A stretch of DNA of 64,000 nt, from assembly GCF_006345805.1 (NCBI RefSeq), contig NC_043002.1:46996001-47060000 (forward strand), written 5' to 3'. Below the pieces are notes generated by a model. That model saw only the letters and a program-made list of their open reading frames with translations. It ran no database searches and was not told the DNA's origin. The position numbers were made by a program, and so were the translations under genes. Of this stretch, positions 52,437 to 64,000 are shown one piece after another. Positions within the stretch are counted from its first letter, which is position 1, and every line of letters begins with the position of its first letter. Source of the stretch: Octopus sinensis. Lineage: Eukaryota.

Positions 52437-53335
52437 AAAGAGTTCGGTGTCAAAAGGTGAGCCCTGTTCACAAAATTAATGTTGGAGAGCTTCATCCTGT
52501 TCCTGTCCCAAATGAAATGATGGCACAAATTGGTGTCAATATCACCAATTCGCCCAAAACAGATGATAGTTATTGTTGCATTGTTGTTGCAATGGATTAC
52601 TTTTCCAAATGGCTTGAGGTTCGACCTCTGAAAGATCACACAGCGGAAACTGTGGTAAAGTGTCACTTTGAGGATGTTATTTGTCGGCATGGCTGTATAA
52701 AAATTCTGATAAATGACCAAGGAAGAGAATTTGTAAACAGAGTGTCTGCAGAACTACATAAACTGACAGCAACACAGCAGCACATAACAAGTGCTTATCA
52801 CCTTCAAGCGAGTGGCCTCGTGGAGCGACAGAATCGCACTATAAAATATGCTTTTATCAATTCCTTTGAGGATCGTGGCAACTGGGTTGAATGCTTACCA
52901 GCAGTTCTGTTTGCGTACCAAACAACCAAACATTCTTCAACACATTTTACCCCATTGAACTACAGCACAACCCATCTGCCAAAGATAAGGACAGTTTTGG
53001 AAATGGTCAATCTATATCCAGAAAATTGAAGTTATGACAGCTATTTGGGTCAGTATGATTTCTTGAGTAGCCTCCAATATTTGAATAGCTCAGTCTGTTC
53101 AAAGAGAACAATACGATAGTAAACATGAGCAACAACAGCTCAGTATTGAAAATAAAGTTCTACTCAAAAGCCTAATTCGAGAAACAGAAAGGGAAGACTT
53201 TTATGGAACGCTGCACAGGTTCTTCCACTGTTGTAGAAGTTTGTGGCAAAAATACCTATCGACTGTCAAATAACAATAAAGTAGTTGAAAAGAAAGTAAA
53301 GGTTACCAACCTCACTCGATATATTGAGCAACCAC
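52437..53335 (+). mobile_element. Ginger/GIN-like (Gypsy-type) integrase remnant
   Basis: CQK..ELHPVPVP..QIGVNI..DYFSKW..NDQGREF..SAYH.QASGLVERQN..LFAYQTTKHSSTHFTP; decayed GPY/F-like tail; no RT or LTR adjacent. Confidence 0.75.
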
Positions 53336-53569
53336 TAGCAAGTAAAAAACGAAAAGTAAATTACGAAAATCAAGATACCTGAGCTCCAAATTGGAAAAAA
53401 AGAAACCGCAGTGATGTTTTAATGTATATAAATACATTTCATTACCAATTTAAAATGTATAAATAAATTTTGGTTTCTATGTAAAACATATCGTTCTTCA
53501 AGTCAATCTCTTATCGATATATTCTGTCAACTAAACTCAGTCCACTATATACAACATCAATCTGCTACA

Positions 53570-53830
53570 TCTCTTATATAAAATCCGTTCTGTCTGTCTG
53601 TCTGTCTGTGTGTGCCTTCTAGGATCTCGGGCATCCTCCATCCGATTGCGCTCAAATATGATATGTAGATACCGACGGTATCAGGGCGTGTATAAGTCTT
53701 GAAAAAATTACAAAAATCGATTCTAGGTGAGAAAGCGATCGATAAAGCCGTGGAAACGTGCATTTGTACGCGCAAGTACATCAGCTGTTGCGATCGATAC
53801 TACGCGTACGCAAGAAATATGCACGTGCAG
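53570..53830 (+). mobile_element. Possible non-autonomous Helitron/HINE-type repeat
   Basis: A|TCTCTTATATAAAA start followed by (CTGT)n; 3' end not identified. Confidence 0.35.
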
Positions 53831-54131
53831 TTTGCGCAAAATGCATGCCAAGCTTGCTGTTTAAACAATGTTTGTGTTTTCCCAGTCAACAGCCTTATCA
53901 TTACTGGTTCTTTAAACTCCTGGGTTGCATATTTGTGTGAATAAAATCGTTTTTCTTTGGAATAGAAAAAAGTCTATCTTTATTTCTTCTTTTGCTGGTG
54001 TCTCGAATTTAGGTTAAATCAGTGTTTCTCAAAGGGGAGGCCCATGGGACGGTCGGACAAGTTGTTTTGAGAAAATTTGGTTTAAATGTTTGACAACTCA
54101 GCACCGTCCCTTGGACGAGTGGCGTTTTGCT

Positions 54132-54187
<56 letters not shown>

Positions 54188-55376
54188 TACTCTAATCCAA
54201 ATCACTTTCTCATTAACAAAAGCAAAAAAAGTTTTTATTTAAAAACAATTGCAAACACAAAATCTCTGATATTCGACATGATTTTATCAGCGCATCATAA
54301 AAGTGTTTTAAAAAATCTAATATTTTGTCTTATTTTCATATTTTAAGATTAGTTTACAATCTTAAATGTAATCCGTGTATAATGTAATAAAAATATCAGG
54401 AGTTGTTAGTCTTAGAATTTATTATTTTAGCAAAATCATTGAGGGGGTAATGTGAACAGCGAGGTGGGGGATGTAATTTGAGATCGGTTTCAGGTTACCT
54501 CACCGGTAATCTGAAATCGATTTCACATTACCGGGAAGTAGTTTGAAATGGGGTGGGGAGTAACTTGAAATCTTTACATAATCAATATGTAAATATGTGG
54601 TTGAGGTGGTGTGTTCATTGAACTGTTGATGCATACAACCAAGTGTGTATACCTATATTTATCTAAAGAATCTCAGATTGAGGATCTTTGGATTGCCTTA
54701 CAAATCTTCATTATGTCGCTTATAGATTGAATTTGGAGAAGGCGCATGTTTCTTTTGCTCGTTCTTCGAAAAATTTCTATTTCTAGGTTTTTGTGTAAAT
54801 CTTTAGATAAATTGCCTAATGCACCTATAATGATAGGTACAAATGAAAATCTATAGCCAGAGTACAAGAGCTGCAAGTTCCGTATTAATTCACCAAGAAT
54901 GTTCTCTTCTCCTGAACTTTTGACGGAACATTCATATCCGCTGGGAAGCAGACCTCTACAAAAGTGCTGACTTTTGTCCCGTGTCCAACAGAACAATATC
55001 AGAATAATAATTGGGTGTTTGCACTTAATTGCTGTTTTTATTGAAGTATTCCACCAGCATCTCTTGTACCTAAAGGCGTAAATACATTCTGGTTCTGACG
55101 TGCCTTTGGTATATCAATCAAGAGAGTCCGTCCTGCGGATAGCATTGTAAAAAGTCTTTGCAACCAGATCATGCTTCAGGAGTAGATAGTGTCTCGTAGA
55201 CGTTTTTGGACAGCTGCTTATAATGTGGGTGATATCTTCCACACTGCTATAGCACAGCCAACACTTTCTATCACAACGTGGACGTGTGGTGGTGTTTCTG
55301 TCTTCCTTGTTTATCAGGTATCTCCTGTTCGTGGATAGCGAAGGCATATCCTTCTAAGTGGAATGTAATGTATCTA

Positions 55377-56670
55377 CGAGGGGCGTTCAATAAGTAATGC
55401 CCCTGACCCACTTGCAGTTGTTTGATCTAGCTGAAATTGTGCGTGTGCTATTACTTATATCTCTATAGAGTAGGTGGCAAATTACAGCTCTGAACTAATT
55501 GGGGTTTCTGATTTACAGGTGTTTGAACTGAGTCAAGTGTGAAATGGAGCTTGTTGAGTGTCGAGCAGTGATCTGGTTTTTGTATTTGAAAGGACGCACA
55601 CCACGGGAGACTTTTGATGAAATGAAAGTAACTTATGGTAATGATGCCCCATCATATGACCTTGTAAAACGCTGGCATCGTGAATTCAAACATGGTCGGA
55701 ACTCGGTGGAAACAGCTCCCAGATCTGGTCGCCCCCCTTCTGCAATTGATGAGGCATCTGTCCGTCAAGTTGAGGCTGCCATTTTGGAAGATCGACGCAT
55801 AACTATTCGCCAAATAGCCCATGAGGTCAAGATTAGTACCGGGTCTGTAGAAACTATCATTCATGACCATTTGCATATGCAAAAGGTGTCTGCCAGATGG
55901 ATTCCCAGGTTGCTCACACCTTTCCAGAAGCAAGAACGCGTCGAGTGCTCGAGGATGAATTTGGAGATGTTTCAAGAAGATGAGTCAAAATTTTTCAAAA
56001 GACTGATTACACAGGATGAAACCTGGGTCCATCACTATGATCCAGAGACCAAAGCCCAGTCAATGCAGTGGAAGCACCGTGACTCACCTCCTCCAAAGAA
56101 GGCAAGGGTACAGCCCTCCGCTGGCAAGGTCATGCTCACAGTCTTCTGGGACCAGGACGGAGTACTGATAACAGATTTCCTGGCAAAGGGTACCACAATT
56201 ACAGGAGCCTATTATGCTTCACTTCTGGGGAAATTAAGAGAAGCTATCAAAATCATAGAGGCGGGGCAAGATCAGCAAAGGCATCCTCCTCCTGCAGGAC
56301 AACGCTCCGGTCCACAACTCGCTTGTCGCCAGATCAGAAGCACAGGCGTGCGGCTATGAACGCCTCCCCCATCCCCCCTACTCTCCTGACCTTGCACCCT
56401 CTGATTTTCACCTCTTCCCAGCCATGAAGTTGTTTTTGAAAGGAAAGTGTTTCCCAGATGATGCAGCCTTGATTTCTGAAGTCAGGTCGTGGTTGGAGGA
56501 CCAAGCTGGGTCTTCTAAAAAAAACGGTCTCCAGAGCTGCATCAAACGATGGGAGAAATGCGTAACTCTGGGTGGTTCCTATGTAGAGAAAGACTAATAA
56601 CTGTACAAAGATTCGTTGCTCTAATGCTATGGGAAGTGGGTCAGGGGCATTACTTATTGAACGCCCCTCG
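55377..56670 (+). mobile_element. Mariner transposon, 1294 bp, irritans-like
   Basis: Perfect 37-bp TIRs CGAGGGGCGTTCAATAAGTAATGCCCCTGACCCACTT; TA TSD at 55375-55376 and 56671-56672. Confidence 0.96.
55544..56597 (+). pseudogene. DD34D transposase with a single +1 frameshift at ~56256
   Basis: WIPRLL, TQDETWVHHYDPETK, then after removing one T: KRRGKISKGILLLQDNAPVH..HPPYSPDLAPSDFHLFP..EKD*; 34 residues between the 2nd and 3rd Asp. Confidence 0.93.
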
Positions 56671-58314
56671 TAACACGATACAAGAAGCTACTCGTACTTT
56701 CGATGGTGCTGTTATCTTCTAGCTTACAGAATGCATTGCTTTTTGTTGATATGATGCGAGCATTTCCTCCGAATTTCTATTTAGGTAGGCCAGTCCAGCC
56801 TTTTTGAGTTGCATGAGACTGTTGCATTCTCAGAATATCTTCTCAGTATTTCCCCAACCCTGAAGATGTTGCTCTCATTTTTGAGTATGCATGTTGCATG
56901 TAATGTTCTCATTTCTTTCCTTCTGTTCAGCATGTGTTGTCTGAGAGATACAATACAAGATTCAAAAGCAGTTTGAACTGGACTTGTATATCTGCTGCCT
57001 TCTCTTCGTCTCACATAGATCCTTTCGGTGACATTGTTGGTGTGGAAGTTGTTTGTGGTGGTCAGTATCTTTCTAATTTTGATATCCAGGCTGCAAATCT
57101 CGTCAAGAGTCTAGTCCAATATCCCAAATGTTGATACTAGCACTGGCATTGTGAGATATGCTCTTGTTAAGTGCAGACAACTCTGAGTTCCATATTTTTC
57201 AGAGTTTGTAGAAGTACTCTTTGGTTTTAGTACTTTTGGTTTTAGTCACAGCACCAGGGTATGCAACGTTCTCGTCGATTCCATGATACTTATTGATTTT
57301 ATCATTAGAAGAAGGGGAGATAGATAAGCCATTGACAAACAAGTTCTCTGTCTGGTTGATAACCCTTCATGTATGAGCATTTATCTTGCCCAAACTCCAT
57401 TTCTATTTTGCGTGAAAATGTAACTTGTTCTAATTGTCTCTTGATATTGTTCATGTTGCTAGAACATAACCTTAGGTCATCAACAAAAAATGTGAGAGTG
57501 ACATTAATTTTATTCTCTTCTGGATATCCCAGTGATACTAGTTCCGTTCTTGTCTGTCTGTCTGTCTGTCTGTCTGTATTTATGTATGTATCAGTGGTGG
57601 TTAAAATTAGTGAGGGTGCTGCTTCAGAAAATTTTTGCCTTTGTCTTAATATTGTGTAAAAAGGAAACGAACTTATAAAAAGAAAATTTATACATAAACT
57701 TGATAAAATACATACATACTATGTATGTATGTATGTATGTATGTATGTATGTATGTATGTATGTATGTATGTATTGGAATATAAAAAGTACTTAAATGAG
57801 ATAAAAATTGTCCAGATTGTTCACCACTTAAGATTTGTGCTTCACAAGCCAGAAAAAGGAAACACACACACAAACCAAACCAAAAACAAAGTTTTAACTT
57901 CTTTCACAACGATGTCCGTATGGAATGGTCCTTTTTGCACATCAACTTCATTGGTTATTTTTTATCAGAACTGCCTCAAACTACAATTATCCTTAGCCAA
58001 TAGCTGCAGAGAATAGACTGATACGTCATTATATGTATGGACAGAAATAAGGTATCTATCTATGAGAAGACTTAATGTTTCATTGTTGAACGATGAATAC
58101 AATAATGAATTTAATTTCTGTTGTGCCATTTCTACTTTTTGCAGGTACGATGTTTTTTATTTATTCAATTTTAAAGTTTCTACATAAACCGTACCACACA
58201 CAAACACAAGAATGTGTGTTGCATGTGTGTATATTTGCATATAAGTATATATATATGTTTGTATGTATGTATGTATGTATGTATGTATGTATGTATGTAT
58301 GTATGTATATATAT

Positions 58315-58410
58315 AAAATCCCATCAACAAGTATAACTTCTATATTTATATATATATATACAAGTATAACTTCTATATTTATATTCATATATATATATAT
58401 ATATTATATA

Positions 58411-58457
<47 letters not shown>

Positions 58458-58483
58458 ATACAAGTATAACTTCTATATTTATA

Positions 58484-58541
<58 letters not shown>

Positions 58542-58688
58542 AGTATAACTTCTATATTTATATATATATATATAATATATATATAATATATACAAGTATA
58601 ACTTCTATATTTATATATCTATATATATATTATATATATATATATATATAAATATAAATATAGAAGTTATACATGTTGATGGGATTTT
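58315..58688. repeat. 36-bp inverted repeats enclosing TA-interspersed subrepeats
   Basis: 58315-58350 vs 58653-58688 (1 mismatch); ACAAGTATAACTTCTATATTTA recurs inside. Confidence 0.8.
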
Positions 58689-58847
58689 TTTTGCCAATTA
58701 AGCACTATTTTTCATCTTCACTCTAGTTTTTATTCATATTGCTTTTAGTTTATGTCTGTCGAAGTTCTTTCGTTACACATTCTGTGATCTTATCAGTGAC
58801 TCTGTCCCAATGTGTCGCTTCTTATCTTGCTTATTCCAATTTGTTCT

Positions 58848-58898
<51 letters not shown>

Positions 58899-59049
58899 AA
58901 TTAAGGACTGAACACGAAAAGGTGGACAGTCAACATGCTAGATATAGACGTCAAATCGCCATTCTCCACAAAGATTTTGTTCTCAAATATATATATATAT
59001 ATTATATATATATATATATATCTTTCATTATATATATATATATATATAT

Positions 59050-59571
<522 letters not shown>

Positions 59572-59686
59572 CAAAATGGGACAAGAACGCAAAACATTCA
59601 AATAGACGATACAAAAAACACGGACAGGTCATTCGAAGCCTCTAATCTTCAGTCAAGAACCGGGTCACCCTCGCAATTTCGGCTGA

Positions 59687-59729
<43 letters not shown>

Positions 59730-59756
59730 TATATGTAAATATATATAAATATATTT

Positions 59757-59816
<60 letters not shown>

Positions 59817-60531
59817 ACACATATTCAAACTCACACTCACATACACAGCAACGTACTCGCGCGCGAATAATTCATAGGTCAGGCTAACAAATCTGCATCC
59901 ACCACACCCATGTTTTTAAAATATATCTCTATTTTTTCAGCTGGCGTTTGATGCAATCTTTGTAACAAACTCTAATAGCATCTAGCAGTTTTTAACTTGA
60001 ATAGAATATGGTTGGTAAAAAAAGTGATATGTTAGTCAAACCCAGTATGTAAGAAAATTGTCCACACTAGGCTTCTTATGTTTTTCATAGCTTATATGTT
60101 TTTTTTATGCAAGGCTGAGTGCAGCAGGGAATCTAAAAATTGTGGCCAATATAATTTGCACTTCTGTTCATTGTAATTTCTGGGTAAAACAACACTTTAA
60201 TTAGCAGAACTTCCCATGTCAGTAATTATTCTATTATACATTGTTTCCTCCCCATTGTTAACTATAACAGAAAGTGGGATTACGTCAGATGTTTCACTTT
60301 TGATCAAATTTTCATCCGGGCTGAGAGTACATTCAAACTACAGTGGGTTTGTGTGTGTGAGTGCGGGGGTACATAAGTGAAGTAGAATCAAACGATTGTG
60401 GGAGGGTAAGTTCACGATATTGCGAAGGGAGAGTGGGAGGTGAAGAGGAGACGAAGTAGTGACTAAATTCGAATAGACGGAGGAGGTGTTTGGGGGTTAT
60501 CTTGCAGGAAAGGAGCGCATCGTGTGCAGGT

Positions 60532-60758
60532 GAAAGTACGTGGCTTAGGGTGTTGGACTCATGACCGTAAGGTTGTGGCTTCGATTCCTGGACCGGGCAA
60601 CGCGTTGTGTTCTTAGCAAAACACTTCATTTCACATTGCTCCAGTCCACGTAGCTGACAAAAATGAGTAACGCTGCGATGGACTGGCGTCCCGTCCAGCT
60701 GGGGAGTTTATATGCCATGAAACCGGGAAACCGGCCCTTGTGAGTTGGCATGACTTAA
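60532..60758 (+). mobile_element. tRNA-derived SINE with a V-domain-like motif and 14-bp TSD
   Basis: tRNA-like head, GCGATGGACTGGCGTCCCGTCCAG motif; CATCGTGT(G/A)CAGGT at 60518-60531 and 60759-60772. Confidence 0.75.
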
Positions 60759-61164
60759 CATCGTGTACAGGTAGGTTTGCGAGGGTGCGAAGATAGATAG
60801 GGAAATAGAAGGGAAGGGAATACAGCGAATGGTGAACTCAGGGTGGGGGAGGTGTTAGGAAGATGGATTGTGGCCGAGAGGTTGTTCAGGGACAGATTGT
60901 GTGTAGGAGCATAGAGATGCCTTTATGACCTCGATTTTACGTAGGTGGATAGGACATCTCAAGTATAGCAAATCGCCAATCATCTAGGTCCTTTGTTATC
61001 CCCTCTATGCCACGCAGTGGTATGGTACTGAACCCAGAACCATGTGGTTGGGAAGCAAACTTCTTACCATACAGCTACACCTGCATTTAGTATAATGTAT
61101 GTATGCATGTATGTACGTATGTATGTATGTATGTATGTATGTATGTATGTATGTATGTATGTAT

Positions 61165-61581
61165 ACTCTCTTTACTCTTTTACTCTTTTACTTGTTTCAG
61201 TCATTTGACTGCGGCCATGCTGGAGCACCGCCTTTAATCGAGCAACTCAACCCTGGGACTTATTCTTTTGTAAGCCCAGTACTTATCCCGTCGGTCTCTT
61301 TTGCCGAACCGCTAAGTAACGGGGGCATAAACACACCAGCATCGGTTGTCAAGCAATGCTAGGGGGACAAACACAGATACACAAACACACATACGCATAT
61401 ATATATATATATATATACGACGGGCTTCTTTCAGTTTCCGTCTACCAAATTCACTCACAAGGCTTTGGTCGGCTCGAGGCTATAGTAGAAGACACTTGCC
61501 CAAGGTGCCACGCAGTGGGACTGAACCCGGAACCATGTAGTTGGTAAACAAGCTACTTACCACACAACGACTCCTGCGCCT
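61165..61581 (-). mobile_element. SINE family A, full length, within a (TATG)n run
   Basis: Reverse-complement head-to-tail match. Confidence 0.85.
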
Positions 61582-61634
61582 ATGTATGTATGTATGTATG
61601 TATGTATGTATGTATGTATGTATGTATGTATGTA

Positions 61635-61718
<84 letters not shown>

Positions 61719-62214
61719 CGTGCATGAGTTATTTATATAAGAATAATTCTCAAGTAAAATATACGCCGATAGGAAAACAGTTATTACATGAAGAGTTTTT
61801 TAACCTACATTTTGAAAAGTTTTAGCACCACAAATAGATACAGGGTAAACAAAAAACATCAAGATGATAAATACATTTGGTATAGTTCATACGAGCTACT
61901 TCAATGAACCCTTCTATAAAATGAAGCATTCTATGGCATGAAGCCGAAGAAATCGGTGCAGAATTTTGTAAGGTTTTTAAAACCGCTGAAGTATTGACTA
62001 TTAGGGAGGAGGGGGGGGTTCATAGAAACGTGCACACACGCCCACATACATACATACACAGTTTGTTAGCCTTTTACTTGTTGACTTCGTATTAAAGATG
62101 TAGAAGCTGTGGAAATTACTTTACTATAATTGTAATATATTGACCTAAATAATATTGTCGACCGGTTCTTTTTTTTTTATTTAATCCAAAATTGATGCAT
62201 GTAATGAAGAGAGT

Positions 62215-62424
62215 TACTCTCTTTTACTTGTTTCAGTCATTTGACTGCGGCCATGCTGGAGCACCGCCTTTAGTCGAGCAAATCGACCCCCGGGACTTAT
62301 TCTTTGTAAGCCCAGTACTTATTCTATCGATCTCTTTTGCCGAACCGCTAAGTGACGGGGACGTAAACACACCAGCATCGGTTGTCAAGCAATGCTTGGG
62401 GAACAAACACAGACACACAAACAC

Positions 62425-62455
<31 letters not shown>

Positions 62456-62628
62456 CATATATACGACAGGCTTCTTTCAGTTTCCGTCTACCAAATCCAC
62501 TCACAAGGCATTGGTCGGCCCAGGGCTATAGCAGAAGACACTTGCCCAAGGTGCCACGCAGTGGGACTGAACCCGGAACCATGTGGTTGGTTAGCAAGCT
62601 ACTTACCACACAACCACTCCTGCGCCTT
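62215..62628 (-). mobile_element. SINE family A, full length
   Basis: Reverse-complement head-to-tail match. Confidence 0.85.
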
Positions 62629-62756
62629 CAAATTTTCGTAATTTAATATGCAGTGTAAGCGAACATTTAAGAATATATTCCTTAATTCAAACCTTGTTCA
62701 CTTGTGAACATAATTGCCGACTGCTGGCTGTATTAGCATTATTAGTAGTGTGAGGA

Positions 62757-63160
62757 TGGCGGCGAGCTGTCAGAAACGTTAGCACGCCGGGCGAAATGCG
62801 TAGCCGTATTTCGTCTGCCGTTACGTTCTGAGTTCAAATTCCGCCGAGGTCGACTTTGCCTTTCATCCTTTCGGGTTCGATTAAATAAGTACCAGTTACG
62901 CACTGGGGTCGATGTAATCGATTTAATCCCTTTGTCTGTCCTTGTTTGTCCTCTCTGTGTTTAGCCCCTTGTGGGTAGTAAAGAAATAGGTATTTCGTCT
63001 GCCGCTACGTTCTGGGTTCAAATTTCGCCGAGGTCGACTTTGTCTTTCATGCTTTCGGGGTCGATGAAATAAGTACTTGTGAAACACTGGAGGTCGACGT
63101 AATCGACTTAATCCCTTTCCCCAAATTAGAGGCCTTGTGCTTCCAGTAGAAAGGATTATT
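62757..63160 (+). mobile_element. SINE family B followed by a second 5'-truncated copy
   Basis: GGCGGCGAGCTG head; core repeated after ...GAAATAGGTATTTCGTC. Confidence 0.8.
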
Positions 63161-63604
63161 AGTAGCGTAAGGAGGACGGGTGAGAGAATCAGTAGAATGA
63201 GTGGATAAGAATACTTTAGGATTTGATGATTACTTACTTTGCCTTACGTTCTGAGTTCAAATGTTATTTTTGCCCCATTTCCGAGTCAATAAATAAAGAA
63301 TCAGTCAAGTACTGAGGTTGATATAATCGACTCCCCCACCCCTAACGCTTTGAATTTAGATCCCACTGGGGACGGCATTGATATTTCATTCTTCCAGGGT
63401 TGATTAAATAAGTGCCATTAATATTTTTTGCAAAACGCTTCTAATCGATTATATTCATCTTATATAATATGCAATCTTCTGTCAGCGTAGGAAATCATTA
63501 ATAACTAACTACTAAGCCACGCGCCTTCACACGCACACACACACACACACACACACATGCACACGCACACCACACACACACACGCGCACACACACACACA
63601 CACG

Positions 63605-63678
<74 letters not shown>

Positions 63679-64000
63679 CGCATATCTATGTTTCTATTTA
63701 TCTGTAAATGTAATATGTGACAATTATTGGGTAGCCATGATAAAACTCCGAGTTTCGGATGTCCGGGTGGAAATTCACGCCGCCATTACATTTACAGATA
63801 AATTCCTCTATTTACATAATATCGAGGTCTCTTTCATTCTTTCGCTGTCTTACCATTTCTATCAATATGTTTCTATTTATGTATGTTGTTTGAAAGTAAT
63901 CGAACCAAATTTTCATTATTTCGAGCCACTTACCCAATGAGAATTTTTGCCAAATTTGGTAAAAATCTGTTTAGCCGTTTTCTAGTAATTTTGCAAACAC

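Larger units (their letters stand above)
54600..57540 (-). mobile_element. Decayed R4/Dong-like (restriction-endonuclease type) LINE, split by a mariner
   Basis: FFVDDL RT motif, KYHGIDEN, IYVRRREG, CWLC..VEDITHIISSC zinc knuckle, ELIRNLQLLY..VPIIIGALG endonuclease end. Confidence 0.8.

Noticed and set aside
58327-58620. CRISPR-like repeat-spacer look
   Set aside because: The spacers are TA microsatellite, the context is eukaryotic and there are no cas genes.

Overview
AT-rich, microsatellite- and SINE-dense animal DNA; the SINE families and RTE tails look like an octopus/cephalopod genome (inferred from recalled repeat consensus, not searched). One complete host gene is reconstructed: GPATCH3 (+ strand, 5 coding exons 28563-46562, 606 aa, all splice phases consistent). 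Three phase-consistent 3' exons of a second, unidentified gene lie on the - strand (12973 to 6020). Mobile DNA: a full-length Ty3/Gypsy LTR retrotransposon (20688-25998, -) with apparently identical 418-bp LTRs, CTAG TSD and tRNA-Trp PBS, but a YVED RT motif and a 1-nt frameshift; a 1294-bp mariner one indel from intact, nested in a decayed R4/Dong-like LINE; a Ginger/GIN-like integrase remnant; Tc1, Penelope and RTE remnants; several MITEs; many SINEs. The most unusual items are a duplicated U6 snRNA copy fused to a retroposon 3' tail (8395-9817), a ~490-bp tandem-plus-foldback insertion in GPATCH3 intron 3 (43465-44696), and a TTAA-flanked mini-element within a perfect 20-bp palindrome (27186-27306). 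No computation or database search was run; family assignments rest on recognised motifs.
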